Shown here: positions 43,888 through 54,686 of the stretch, in pieces
How positions within the stretch are numbered: position 1 is the stretch's first letter
Layout of the letters: each line of letters opens with the position of its first letter
NCBI GenBank assembly: GCA_963770935.1
Contig: CAVYRJ010000008.1
Span: forward strand, 1-64,000
DNA: 64,000 nucleotides
Reading direction: 5' to 3'
Source of the DNA: Candidatus Bathyarchaeota archaeon
Lineage (GTDB): Archaea > Thermoproteota > Bathyarchaeia > Bathyarchaeales > Bathycorpusculaceae
Translations under genes and position numbers: made by a program
The notes under the pieces: model-generated
Seen by the model: the letters and a program-made list of their open reading frames with translations, nothing else
Told to the model about the DNA's origin: nothing
Databases searched by the model: none

Positions 43888-45090
43888 ATGAAAAAAATCT
43901 CACAGCAAAATACGGATACAATGCAGGCTACTGAAGGACAAAAGCAGCCGTTGGGAAAAATTTTCTCAAGCAAAAACAAAGAACCTATAAAGGCTTTAGA
44001 TGCTGAAGATAAAATAGAACTCGAAAGGCGCGAAGCCTATATTGAGCCAAATACACGCGATTTATTAAGAGAGATTCTTGAATGCTGTGATAACGAGGAG
44101 ATTATTCCAAAATATGTCTCAGGAACGGGATTCGTATATCAGGCAACTAATAAAACTTTGAGTGATCCTAAAGCCAAAGTAATTGAAAAAGATATATTGG
44201 AGAATCTTGCACGCCTTGATATATTGAAAAAGAACTTCTTTGATTCAGTTTCAGCATGCCCAAATTGCGAATCGACAACCATAACTCTGCATAATCGATG
44301 CCCAAAATGCAAAAGTCACAACGTTGCAAAAACTAATTTAACCGAACACATTCCTTGCGGATACATCGATCAAAAAGACAAATACGTAGACAATCGATGT
44401 CCGAAATGTGGCGAACCCCTCGAAGAAGGGCAATATCGAAACATGGGGCGCTGGTATGTATGCCAAGAATGCTCGGAACGATTCGAAAATCCTGAATCAG
44501 ACATTATCTGCCGAAGCTGTAGAAAAAACTTCACGATAAAAGAAGCCACAGCAGTCGATATTCCGAAATTCTCATTAAATCTGCAACGACGAAAAGAAAT
44601 TAGGCAAAATGTAACAAGCCTAGAAAACATTCAACAACTCTTAACCAACCTGGGATTCAGCATTGATATTCCTGGAATAGTAATCGGGCAAAAAAGCGGT
44701 ATGCAACATCATTTCAGTCTAATTGCCAAGAAACTTATAGATGGACAAGAAAAGGTTATTGCATTAGATCATGCAGTGAGTGAGAGCGAGGTCTCAACAT
44801 CACCACTGATTTTATATCTCTACAAAACCTCTGAAGTTAAAGTCGATGTTCCAATTTTTGTTGCCGTTCCCCAGCTAAATGAAACAGCAAAGAAGATTGC
44901 ACAAGGTCATAACATTGTTTTGATTGAGGGCTCATTAGAAGAACAGGAAGCAATGACAAGAATTAAAAGCGAAATTGAAAAAAGTTTAGAAGCAAAAAAA
45001 CCAACCAAAACGTCATACGGTCAAACAGAAGAGGAAAAAACGCAAAGGAAATCATTTCTAGACAAATTTAAAGGAATAAAAAAAAGATAA
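43888..45090 (+). CDS. TackOD1-like multi-zinc-ribbon protein with C-terminal restriction-endonuclease-like fold
   Basis: CPNC, CPKC, H..CG, CPKCG, CQEC, CRSC; C-terminal GQKSG..HHFSL...VP.L...AKKIA. Confidence 0.7.
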   Translation: MKKISQQNTDTMQATEGQKQPLGKIFSSKNKEPIKALDAEDKIELERREAYIEPNTRDLLREILECCDNEEIIPKYVSGTGFVYQATNKTLSDPKAKVIEKDILENLARLDILKKNFFDSVSACPNCESTTITLHNRCPKCKSHNVAKTNLTEHIPCGYIDQKDKYVDNRCPKCGEPLEEGQYRNMGRWYVCQECSERFENPESDIICRSCRKNFTIKEATAVDIPKFSLNLQRRKEIRQNVTSLENIQQLLTNLGFSIDIPGIVIGQKSGMQHHFSLIAKKLIDGQEKVIALDHAVSESEVSTSPLILYLYKTSEVKVDVPIFVAVPQLNETAKKIAQGHNIVLIEGSLEEQEAMTRIKSEIEKSLEAKKPTKTSYGQTEEEKTQRKSFLDKFKGIKKR

Positions 45091-45199
45091 CCTCCTAAAG
45101 AGCCAAATAAACCTCAGTTCTCATCACTGGAAAGAAAATCAAAGATCTAATCTTGAGGCAAAAATACAAATTAAATGTCATAACCATGCTCTTATTCGA

Positions 45200-45680
45200 T
45201 GTTTAAAAATTTCTTCATTTGTATTAATCGGCTTTATGAAAGGCATATGTATTTTTATCTAAATTGAAACTGCCCATTCTTCGTTAAAACATTTGGGACC
45301 AACTGGTATTTCCAAATATGGTTCTTCAAGAATTTTACTTCAAGCCATCTTGCCTCTAAATTGGAAAACTTCGGCAAAATATACAAGAATTCTTCGACCC
45401 TTTTAGGAATATCTTTCTTTTCCATCTTAAAATTAACTTTTAATCGAAGGTAGGTCTCATTCTCACTGGAGCACATGGTAAAGAAAACACTTCATCAATG
45501 GGCTCTATTAAAAAATTATCAAATTTGTCTGCGAGGTTTTCGTTTGTAAGTTTATCCTTGATTTTATTGGTTTTTTTAGTTAGATTTCAGGTAGATTAGA
45601 ACATCATCACTTGTTGCCAGTTGAATTGAGGTTTCTTCGTTCTGATTAATTGTAAAACTAGTGCTTTTTCCTTCATGTGA
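45200..45680 (-). pseudogene. Decayed paralog of 48383-48937 (NitrOD5/DUF3227-like)
   Basis: DKFDNFLIEPIDEVFS / KKDIPKRVEEF / LEVKFLKN in broken frames. Confidence 0.55.
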
Positions 45681-45849
45681 TATTCTTCAGTAAATGAAAT
45701 ATTTGATAGCCTTGAATTGATGCATAAAACTAAAATATTCAAAATATTTATTTTAATCGATATTATTCAAGACTATGGCGATGGATATTTTCTTAAGCAA
45801 CATTCTTCAAAAAAAATTGAAAGAATAAAGAAAGAATGATATTTAAATT

Positions 45850-46296
45850 TTAGTTGACAGAAATTTCCTTAACTCTGGTTTCGATGAATTCAGCGACTTT
45901 TTGTTCATTGAATTTTTTGTCTTCTTCTTGTTTTTTAAGCTGTTCTCTAACGGTTGTTAGTAATTGATCAATGTCAACGGGTTTAATCAAGTAAGCATCT
46001 GCATTTCTATTTACTGCTTCAACTGCGTTCTGTAGAGATGGGAATCCAGTCACCATTATTTTTCGCATTCTTGGAACACTATCTTTCATTAATTTTAGAA
46101 GTTCTACACCTTCCATGTCAGGCAATCGTATGTCAAGTAACGCTAAATTGTAAATCTGCTCATGTGTCTTTTTGATCGCTTCTTTTCCATTGGCTGCACT
46201 ATCTACACTGTATCCTTCATCCACAAGTATTGCCTCCATGGTGCTTCGTATTGTTACATCATCATCCACAATTAATATTCTGTATTTTTGTATCAT
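45850..46296 (-). CDS. Stand-alone response regulator (REC)
   Basis: ILIVDDD, LLDIRLPDMEG, VTG, AYLIKP. Confidence 0.95.
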   Translation of the reverse strand: MIQKYRILIVDDDVTIRSTMEAILVDEGYSVDSAANGKEAIKKTHEQIYNLALLDIRLPDMEGVELLKLMKDSVPRMRKIMVTGFPSLQNAVEAVNRNADAYLIKPVDIDQLLTTVREQLKKQEEDKKFNEQKVAEFIETRVKEISVN

Positions 46297-46299
46297 ACT

Positions 46300-48252
46300 C
46301 TATTCACCTCCGCATTGAAGGGTAGGTTCTAACGGGATAGTCATCGTAAAAGTAGTCCCTTTTCCCATGGCAGTCTTAACGCTTATCGTTCCTCCATGTG
46401 CTTCAACAATACGCTTACAGATTGCCAATCCAAAACCCATTCCTTGCGCTTTAGTTGTAAACAATGGAGCAAATAACTTGGGTAAAACATCGTCTGAAAT
46501 TCCAATACCTGTATCAGAGAAACCTATTCTTAATTTCCCATCTTCTTGTCCGCTGCTAATTGTTAATGTGCCTCCACTGGGCATTGCATCAATTGCGTTC
46601 TTGATTAAATTAACAAAAATACGTGTTAATTTGTTTACATCAGCTAAAAAAGTGACCTCACAAATTTGATCGCTTATAACAATAATCGTATTTGGAACGT
46701 TAGCCATTGTCAGGCTTTCAACTATCATTTTTTGTAATGAAACTTCTTTGAGATCTAGTCGAATTTCTCTGGAGAAATCAAGCAGATCATTGATTATTTT
46801 ATTTGAATATTCGACACAGCGACCAATTATCTCAATCATTTCTTGTTCTTGGGGAGTAGAACAAACATTCTTTCTTTTCAAGAAGTAAACCGCATTCTTA
46901 ATGCCGGTTAAGGGATTTCGCAAGTCGTGACCAATCATTCCCGATAACTCTCCGATTGCCGCTAACCGCTCAGATTTTATTAGTTGAGCCTGTGCTTTCT
47001 CTAGTTCCTTGGTCTTTTGATGAACAACTTCTTCAAGAGTCTTTGAATACTTCTCTAATTTTTTTTCCATGTCTTTCCGTGACGTTATATCAGCTACGAG
47101 CGCAAGAGTGCCTATGCAGTCTCCTTCATCATCAGTTATTTGGGATGCAGCGATACTAGTGTAAATATGAGACCCATCTTTTCTGGCAAACTCGTACTCA
47201 AAATTTCCACTAACCCCACAAGTAAATTTCCCCAAGAAATCCTTCGCTAAAGGACCTTCCCTGCTATCCATGAAATCAAAAAGCTTCTTTCCCAACATTT
47301 CACTGCGGCTGTAGCCTAAAATATCTGTCATTCTGCGATTAACAAAAACAGTTTCATACTCTTTTGAAAGAACCCAAACACCTTCGTGAGCAAGCTCAAC
47401 CAATTGCCGATACTTTGCTTCGCTCTCACTCAAGCTCCTTTGGACTCGTCTAATTTCGGTTATGTCACGAAAGATACATTGGAGATATTTTTTACCTTTT
47501 AATTTAATGCTCTTAGTTGTTACTAGAATATTCTTTGTTTCGCAAGTCTTAGTTTGATGCTCTGTTTCAAACTCTCCGTCCCCAGCTTTTAATAGCTCAT
47601 TAACGTTTTTCCTAATTTTGCCTGGCTTATTGACCTCTATATCTACTAAGGCAAGTTTTTCGAATTCATCTCTGGAATATCCAAGTTGAGTATGAGCAAG
47701 ATCATTAAATTCAATAAAGCCGGTGGTCTTGGGGTCTACGACTAAAACTCCGACAGGAGCTTGATTAAACAATGCATGATAACGCTGCTCCGCTTCTCTT
47801 GACTTTTCTTCGGCTTGCTTTCTGCGCGTAATGTCTTTAACTACTCCAACAGCGCTCCATTTTCCTGACTTTTTTAGGGGCGAAATTGAAAGTTCAATTG
47901 AGATTTCAGAACCATCTTTCCGATTTCCAACCAACTCAACATTACCTACAGTAAAATAACCCATACCTGTGTCAGCAAAAATATCCATACTCGACTTAAT
48001 TCGTTCTTTGCCTTCAAGACACAAAGTTTTAGGGACAAGAAGTTCGTGTACACTTCTTCCCAAAGCTTCAGCACTTGAGTACCCAAATATTTTCTCAGCG
48101 GCAGAATTCCAAAATGTAATTTTACCGATATCATCCACTAAAATTATTGCATCCTTTAGAGAGTTAGCTATCGTTTGAAAATTCTCTTCATTTTTCACTA
48201 CATCGACTATGCTTAAGACGGCGACGGAACTAGATTCTTGTGTGATATTCAT
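46300..48252 (-). CDS. Cytoplasmic histidine kinase with three PAS domains
   Basis: Three PAS/PAC repeats, GHDLRNPL, NLIKNAIDAM, GMGFGL. Confidence 0.95.
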   Translation of the reverse strand: MNITQESSSVAVLSIVDVVKNEENFQTIANSLKDAIILVDDIGKITFWNSAAEKIFGYSSAEALGRSVHELLVPKTLCLEGKERIKSSMDIFADTGMGYFTVGNVELVGNRKDGSEISIELSISPLKKSGKWSAVGVVKDITRRKQAEEKSREAEQRYHALFNQAPVGVLVVDPKTTGFIEFNDLAHTQLGYSRDEFEKLALVDIEVNKPGKIRKNVNELLKAGDGEFETEHQTKTCETKNILVTTKSIKLKGKKYLQCIFRDITEIRRVQRSLSESEAKYRQLVELAHEGVWVLSKEYETVFVNRRMTDILGYSRSEMLGKKLFDFMDSREGPLAKDFLGKFTCGVSGNFEYEFARKDGSHIYTSIAASQITDDEGDCIGTLALVADITSRKDMEKKLEKYSKTLEEVVHQKTKELEKAQAQLIKSERLAAIGELSGMIGHDLRNPLTGIKNAVYFLKRKNVCSTPQEQEMIEIIGRCVEYSNKIINDLLDFSREIRLDLKEVSLQKMIVESLTMANVPNTIIVISDQICEVTFLADVNKLTRIFVNLIKNAIDAMPSGGTLTISSGQEDGKLRIGFSDTGIGISDDVLPKLFAPLFTTKAQGMGFGLAICKRIVEAHGGTISVKTAMGKGTTFTMTIPLEPTLQCGGE

Positions 48253-48382
48253 TCACGCTCTTAATATTTATTGGAGCAGTAAAACGAAACATAAGCATTA
48301 TGAATTCTAAATTCATACTCAAAGATTTTGCCCAAATAATGATTATACAATTCTTTACCTCAGAAAATGATTGAGAGGAAAA

Positions 48383-48937
48383 CTAGTAAGTCCTCTTTCT
48401 GACAGTCTCTGCGTAACTATTTCGCAAATTTTGAACATAATCCGTAAGTGAAACTTCGTTAACTATCCACTTGGACAGTGGCCATTGGTATTCAGTTAAT
48501 TTAACGTCGACTTGAAGCTTAGAATTTAAGCTATTCATTATTTTAAGCTCTAATCTACCTGCTCCTAATCCAAAGACCTTATGAATTACCTTGGAGAACT
48601 CACAGATCTCTATGGGAATATCCACTCTTTTTATTTGAAAATCGTTTTGTAAATGTTCAAAAACAGCGTTTTTAACAACTTCGCCTAAGGAAGAAAAAGT
48701 TTCATCTATGGCTTCCAAAAGATATTGATCAAATTTCTTATCCGAATCATAAGTATTTGTGGGTGTAATGGAAATGGAAGTTGAGCTATAGCTATTTGAA
48801 AAGTTATGTTCGTTGAAGATTTCGTTTTTTTGGGTGCTTATTATAAGGGCTTGTTGAAAATATTCTTCTGTTTCAACAAGATCTTCTTCAGTAAGGTAAG
48901 CTTTTTTCATTTTTCCAATAGTGATTTCTTTCACCAT
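48383..48937 (-). CDS. NitrOD5/DUF3227-like archaeal output-domain protein
   Basis: LLEAIDETFSSLG...FQIKR.DIP...F...I.KVFG.GA..LE. Confidence 0.6.
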   Translation of the reverse strand: MVKEITIGKMKKAYLTEEDLVETEEYFQQALIISTQKNEIFNEHNFSNSYSSTSISITPTNTYDSDKKFDQYLLEAIDETFSSLGEVVKNAVFEHLQNDFQIKRVDIPIEICEFSKVIHKVFGLGAGRLELKIMNSLNSKLQVDVKLTEYQWPLSKWIVNEVSLTDYVQNLRNSYAETVRKRTY

Positions 48938-49174
48938 TTCGATTAACTATCCCCAGGAGGTCTAAGGTTGTTGGTTAATTGTATGTAACTTCAGAACTAC
49001 CTGTGTGTATCGTGTTATATAAGTATTAATATTTACTACTATAGATTTATTAAAAGTCATTCTCACAAAACACGAAGCAACTAAGGCACTAACAAATAAG
49101 CACATATCAAAAGGGGAGTTTCAAAGGCTGATTTAGACACGAAAATTAAGCGACCAACTTGTGAAAACTAGCTT

Positions 49175-50938
49175 TTAACCTAAAGGCGGGCGCGTTTTTA
49201 ATAGCTCAACTGGTAATGCAAAAGTGAATTTTGCACCTTTACCAACTGCGTTTTCGACAGTAACTTTTCCGCCGTGAGCTTCCACAACCCGTTTACAAAT
49301 CGCTAGACTCATACCCATTCCTTTTGCTTTAGTCGTTACCAAAGGACTGAAGAGCTTAGGCAAAATAGTTTCTGGTATTCCAGGTCCGGAATCGGTAAAA
49401 GTTATCTCAACAGTTGTATCTCTTAGTCCGCTTGTTATTTGTATTTGACCATTTTCGGAGATTACTTCAATAGCGTTTTGAATAATGCTAGCAAAAGCAT
49501 TCTGTATTTTTTGTGCATCTACAAACATCTTTATCTCGTCGGTTGACAGATTGATTACATTAATGCGTATGGGAACTTTTACTTTTAATAACGCGTTATT
49601 TGTTAGAGATTTAGGAGTGCATTGTTCCATTTGCAATTGAAGATCACTCGAATAGTCAACTAGACTGGTGATAATTCTGTTAGAATCCTCGATTGCATAT
49701 TCAATCCACTCGCAAATCTTAATTCTATCATCAGCTGGCATTTGATCATTTTTCTTTTTGATCATATAAATGCCATTTTTTATGCCGGCTAATGGATTGC
49801 GCAGGTCATGTCCAACTTGTCTAGCGAGTTCGCCAATCGATGCGAGCTTCTCAGACTTTAGAAGTCTTTCTTCCATTTGTAGACGCTCAGTAATATCGTG
49901 AAGAATGCAGGTTATTCCAACGGAACTGCCCTTTTTACTCTTAACAATGGACCCAGAGAAAAGAACGTGTTTTTTCTCTCCCTGCTTTGTTACTAATACC
50001 AGTTCTTGATTTCTAATTAACTTCTTATCAGAAAGCTCCGTTAGAATGCGGTTACAATTAGTTTTGTTACTTTCATCAAACAACTTTGTCATTGGCTCTC
50101 CAATAAGTTCACCTTGTCGGTAACCAAGAAAATCTATCAAACGTTCGTTGACTCTGATTATATTGGAGTCTAAATCTGCGAGAATAAGTGAGTCAGGGAT
50201 TGTGGAAATTATGTTTTCTGCGGCCATTGACGCGTCAAGAGTAAAAAGTTCATATTTCATGACTGCATACCCCACAAAAACACTGAAAAATAAAATAGAG
50301 AACACACCAAGATTAGGAAAATCAATCCCAAGAGCTCTGGTTAACATGTTTGTTGCAACAAAGGTTGCGATTGGTATACCAAAACCTATTGTTACATATT
50401 TTCTTTGTAGCCGATGAACTTGGTCTTTTGCTGCGCGATAGTCTCTAAAACAAAAAATAAATGCTATAACAGGTATTACAGCTGTCCAAATAGTTGATAT
50501 GTAGTAGATCCATGTTCCCGATGCAACATCATTATATCCCCAATATTTCATTATCGGTGCAGCGTTTATTTGGTAAGTTAATAAGTCAACGAGCCAGAAT
50601 GCTACAGCGGGCAAATAGAGTACTAAATAGCTGAGTTTGTTCTTTATCCATTTGTTGTTGCTAAATACTAAGGCAAAATTTAGCACTAAAACGGTAAAAA
50701 AAGGCCAAATAGTTCCCACTTTGTGCCAAAAGTTCGCTATTTCAAAATCAATTGACATCCACATCATTACAGTTGAAAATGAGTAGGTAAAAGCAGCGAG
50801 GCTTGTCAAGAAAAAAAGTCTATTAACAGTTGCTTTCCTGTTAAGAGAATAAACCATATGACCTAGGAGTAGACAGACAATTGCTGCAGGAAGGGAGAGT
50901 AAAGCAAACTGATTCATTATCATCAAGGTGGATTTCAT
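49175..50938 (-). CDS. HisKA_7TM plus PAS histidine kinase
   Basis: Seven TM N-terminus, PAS, GHDLRNPL, DSGPGI, GMGMSL. Confidence 0.9.
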   Translation of the reverse strand: MKSTLMIMNQFALLSLPAAIVCLLLGHMVYSLNRKATVNRLFFLTSLAAFTYSFSTVMMWMSIDFEIANFWHKVGTIWPFFTVLVLNFALVFSNNKWIKNKLSYLVLYLPAVAFWLVDLLTYQINAAPIMKYWGYNDVASGTWIYYISTIWTAVIPVIAFIFCFRDYRAAKDQVHRLQRKYVTIGFGIPIATFVATNMLTRALGIDFPNLGVFSILFFSVFVGYAVMKYELFTLDASMAAENIISTIPDSLILADLDSNIIRVNERLIDFLGYRQGELIGEPMTKLFDESNKTNCNRILTELSDKKLIRNQELVLVTKQGEKKHVLFSGSIVKSKKGSSVGITCILHDITERLQMEERLLKSEKLASIGELARQVGHDLRNPLAGIKNGIYMIKKKNDQMPADDRIKICEWIEYAIEDSNRIITSLVDYSSDLQLQMEQCTPKSLTNNALLKVKVPIRINVINLSTDEIKMFVDAQKIQNAFASIIQNAIEVISENGQIQITSGLRDTTVEITFTDSGPGIPETILPKLFSPLVTTKAKGMGMSLAICKRVVEAHGGKVTVENAVGKGAKFTFALPVELLKTRPPLG

Positions 50939-51190
50939 TTAATATAAGATGTATGAATTTCTAATCTGTACCAAGTTTAAAGAAATTCCGTTACAGTGGA
51001 ATTGAAGGTTGACTGATAGTTCGTTCTTGTTATGATTTCCCCTCAATTGTGCCTTTTTGCCAATTGTAAAAGAGTAATGGTTGATAAATGTGTATGGATG
51101 GGAGTTAAAGAGAGATGAGGGTCCTTAAGTAGAGATGTCTTAAGAAACGTGAACTTTTCTTTTTTTGCAGTCTGAAGCCTTAAAATTTTA

Positions 51191-51403
51191 TCAGTTTGTT
51201 ATTGCTTGTTCTTCTTGCAGAGGAATAGCCATTAAATGCACATTTTCCGGTTTTAAAGCAGCTTTGCCCATTTTTTGTTTCTTATTCCCTGATTGACCTA
51301 TCCAATAGAAACTCCAGCCGACTAAGAAAACTATGGCGATTATTGGCGCAAATAGAATTCTGATTGCTTTACTTCGTTTTTTTCTGTGCAATGGCTTTGT
51401 CAT
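51191..51403 (-). CDS. Small single-TM protein
   Basis: Basic N-terminus, LFAPI..IVFLVGW..YWIG. Confidence 0.6.
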   Translation of the reverse strand: MTKPLHRKKRSKAIRILFAPIIAIVFLVGWSFYWIGQSGNKKQKMGKAALKPENVHLMAIPLQEEQAITN

Positions 51404-51905
51404 ATTGACGTAACCATATTCTTAATACTTAACTCTTGATATATAAATTTTACTTGTGGCCACTCTAAAAGAAAAAGAACATTCAAATGAAGATATCCTA
51501 AAGCTTTCATCCAAAAAAGGACGTTTATTTTCGATTTCCCAATCAAATGGCAACTAAATTATGTTCTTCTAGGCGGAAAAATTGTAGAGCACAATTTCAA
51601 TATTATTTTGGAGGATAAAATCAACGTATTTTCTGATGATTTGAATCCATAAATTACATTTTTCTGTTGTTGCGTTGTACAGTTCTTTTATTTTTAGTTG
51701 TGTGGTCGAAATCGGCATTTTTAAAAAGTATTTTACGTATTGATGTGTTTTTGTGTTCGGCAATTGTGCGTGAAATCAGTTTGGATATGCTTGCATTATG
51801 TAATAGGGTTTATCTTGCAGAGTGGACTTATTGAAGACAAAAGAAATGTGTCTTAATAAGACATATTGTATAACTGTACAACACAACAACAGGAGAAAAA
51901 CAAAA

Positions 51906-52298
51906 ATGCACATAAACTATCAAAAAGAGGTCCAAACAAAACTCACAAAAGGACTCTTAGATATGATTATCCTTGAATATTTAGGCCAAGAATCCATGCA
52001 TGGATACCAGCTCATCACTAAAATTCGCAAAGGCTTTGGCGTCTACTTCGGACCTAGCACAATCTATCCACTGTTAGGGCTATTAGAGAAAAAGGGCTAT
52101 GTAAAGAGCGCATGGAATATGAATACGGAAAGACCTAGAAAAATGTATAACCTTACTTCCGAGGGAAAAAGTGTTTTAAGTTTTACCGAAAGTTCACTCA
52201 ACTTAATATGCAAAAACATGGTGGCTGAAACAACCGATAGCAAAACCCGGATACAAGGAACCTCCTTAACCCTTGGCGCGATCAAAGCTTCAAATTGA
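51906..52298 (+). CDS. PadR family transcriptional regulator
   Basis: MHGYQL, GPSTIYPLL..LEKKGYV, RPRKMYNLTSEG. Confidence 0.9.
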   Translation: MHINYQKEVQTKLTKGLLDMIILEYLGQESMHGYQLITKIRKGFGVYFGPSTIYPLLGLLEKKGYVKSAWNMNTERPRKMYNLTSEGKSVLSFTESSLNLICKNMVAETTDSKTRIQGTSLTLGAIKASN

Positions 52299-52529
52299 AA
52301 GCCCCAATTAACCTAAAGTGTCCGATGCCAAAAATTATCTCTTCAAACTGCTAGTTCAAGATTTGCTCCTCATCAATTCATTATTAAACGCTTACAGCTT
52401 GAATATTTTCTGTCGCAAACGATATTTCATGTGTTTTTCTTATCATAATGATCGCTAACTTAATTGAAACAACTAACAGCATTTGAAATATTCATTTAAA
52501 CCATCTGGTAAAGTGGAATAAGATGCAGA

Positions 52530-52848
52530 ATTTGCATTCAGGGGAATACAAAAAATCGCGGAAACCCCTTAGAAGAGACATTATGTGGCGGGAATAATTT
52601 TTGGATGCTTAGTTAAGTAAGTTTTTAGAGGGCAGATACGGTTTTCGTAACTGACAGTGTTGTGTGCAGGGATTAATATCATACAATTTGTCCCAATGTA
52701 TCAATCGCTGTGCGATCCTCCAACTTCATTTTTGCATGCATAAACTTCTCAAATTCTTCCAGCATTCGAGGATTCACTAATATTTCGCGGTTGTTTGACT
52801 GAAATTGGTTCGAATATAATGGTGAATTGCTAAAAGAAGCGTTAAAAA
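52530..52848 (-). pseudogene. Decayed integrase N-terminal region reading out of the tRNA-Ala 3' end (SSV-type split-integrase remnant)
   Basis: Frame GSNPSRST...LEEFEKFM..KMKLEDRTA, then broken 'TVSYE / KTYLTK / FRDFL' segments resembling a core-binding domain. Confidence 0.55.
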
Positions 52849-52926
52849 TGGTGGACCGAGAGGGATTTGAACCCGCGACTTCCGCGTTGCGAACGCGGCG
52901 ATCATACCGAACTGATCTACCGGCCC
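52849..52926 (-). tRNA. tRNA-Ala(CGC)
   Basis: GGGCCGG...CCGCG-TTCGCAA-CGCGG...GGTTCAAATCC...CGGTCCACCA; full cloverleaf with encoded CCA. Confidence 0.95.
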
Positions 52927-53091
52927 TTTTCTGGAAAAACACGGTTACGATAGCATTTAGAGCTTTCGGTGCCTTCTTATCAGGATTGAGCTAAAATATT
53001 CAGCGCCTAGTAATCTAACAGAATAAGTGAAATACTAAAAATATAAAAATCAAAAAAAGGAAAAAATTCTAATTCAACACATTGGAAACGC

Positions 53092-53676
53092 TTAGTATCT
53101 TGGTCTGTAACCGCCGCTGCCGCCACCGCGTCGATCTCCACCTCTACTGTCTCGACCGCCGCCGTAACCGCCACCACCGTATCCTCCGCCGCCACGTCTA
53201 TCTCTTCCGCCACCGTATCCTCCGCCTCCGCCGCCGAATCCGCGTCCGCCTCCTCTTCCGCCTCTAAATGGTCTGCGTTCTTGCTCGTATGTCTTGCTTG
53301 AAACGTTGTTTTCTGTGTTAACTTCCACTGTGAGTGGCTCTTTTGCTTGGTCGAGTTTACCGTATTTGCCAATGTTTAGGCGTATGTTGCCTTTGAAGAG
53401 TGTAACATACCCATTTTCTATGCGCACTGTGTCTGCTTCGTTGACTTTTTCAATGTTGTCGTCCCACAGTGTCAGGTATACAACGCCAGTTTCGTCGCCG
53501 ATGAGTGCATCGCTGACTTTGTGTGCAGATCCATCTCTGCCCATTGGAATTTCGCGTATTTCTGTTTTGGATACTACTTTGGCCGTAACGTTAACCGCTT
53601 TTGATTGTGGGGTTAAGTCTCCGACTTTTGCTTCTACTGGTTCCTTTTTGTTTTCGAAAAAACCTTCAACAGCCAA
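53092..53676 (-). CDS. ssb: Single-OB-fold ssDNA-binding protein with long RGG/YGG tail
   Basis: VGDL.P....VNV..KV, GDETG...LTLWD, NGYV..FKG..RLNIGKYG. Confidence 0.85.
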   Translation of the reverse strand: MAVEGFFENKKEPVEAKVGDLTPQSKAVNVTAKVVSKTEIREIPMGRDGSAHKVSDALIGDETGVVYLTLWDDNIEKVNEADTVRIENGYVTLFKGNIRLNIGKYGKLDQAKEPLTVEVNTENNVSSKTYEQERRPFRGGRGGGRGFGGGGGGYGGGRDRRGGGGYGGGGYGGGRDSRGGDRRGGGSGGYRPRY

Positions 53677-53803
53677 TTGATTTCACCTATTTTGTAATCT
53701 GAGACACAACTTAGCTTTCTCTACACTTAAGGGTTTCGCTTTGGATGACTTTTGGGATTTTAGCGTTTAGGATATAAACTTGCATGTGTATTTACGTCTC
53801 AAT

Positions 53804-54686
53804 ATGAAAAACCAGTATGTTGCAGTGGCCGTTTTTGTTTTAGCAGTGCTGGTAGTCGGCGCTTTAGCGTTTTCTTTATCTAGTTTAGCTCCTTTTAACG
53901 GTTCATCTCCAACTCCAACGCCGACCCAAACGCCTCCTCCAACTTCGGCTACGCCAACGATATCGCCTGCTCCAACACTAGACCCATCCACATCAAACGG
54001 TCCCACAATCTACACCTACAAAATAGTAAAAACCTATCGCCATGACCCCAGCGCCTTTACTGAAGGTTTAGTGTTTGACAACGGCGTTTTGTACGAGAGC
54101 ACTGGCTTAACGAGTTCTCTTCGGCGTGTGGATCTTGAAAGCGGCAACGTGCTGCAGAAAGTCAGTTTGTCTGAGGAATATTTTGGTGAAGGTTTAGCAG
54201 TTGTTAATGATTCACTGGTTCAGCTGACATGGCAAAACCAGATAGGTTTCATCTACGACAAATCCACATTTAGTTTGCTGGGTAATTTTAGTTATGACAC
54301 AGAGGGTTGGGGCTTAACTAACGATGGCAACCGATTAATCATGAGTGATGGATCCTCAAAACTGACTTTCCTAGACCCAATTACCTTTCAGAAAAATGGG
54401 CAAGTAATCGTCCATGACGGAAACAACGTCTATAACAAACATCAACGAACTGGAATATGTTAACGGAGACGTTTACGCCAACATTTGGCTGCAACAAAAA
54501 ATCGCCATCATAAACCCACAAAATGGAAATGTGAAAGGCTGGATTGACTTAACAGGAATCTACCAATCGCACAACATAGATGACGTTTTAAACGGAATTG
54601 CATATGACTCACAAAACAACAGACTCTTCATCACAGGCAAATACTGGCCAAACCTCTACCAAATAACAATAACCCCTAAAACATAG
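53804..54686 (+). CDS. Membrane-anchored glutaminyl-peptide cyclotransferase (frameshift near 54430)
   Basis: HDPSAFTEGL, LYESTG, YFGEGL, QLTW, EGWGLT, NELEY, YANIW, VLNGIAYD, ITGKYWP. Confidence 0.9.

Noticed and set aside
52679-53372. ORFs 52679-52942 and 53007-53372, and the many short antisense ORFs in the track, as real genes
   Set aside because: They overlap the tRNA or better-supported genes in other frames; only the integrase-like part of the first is retained, as a pseudogene.
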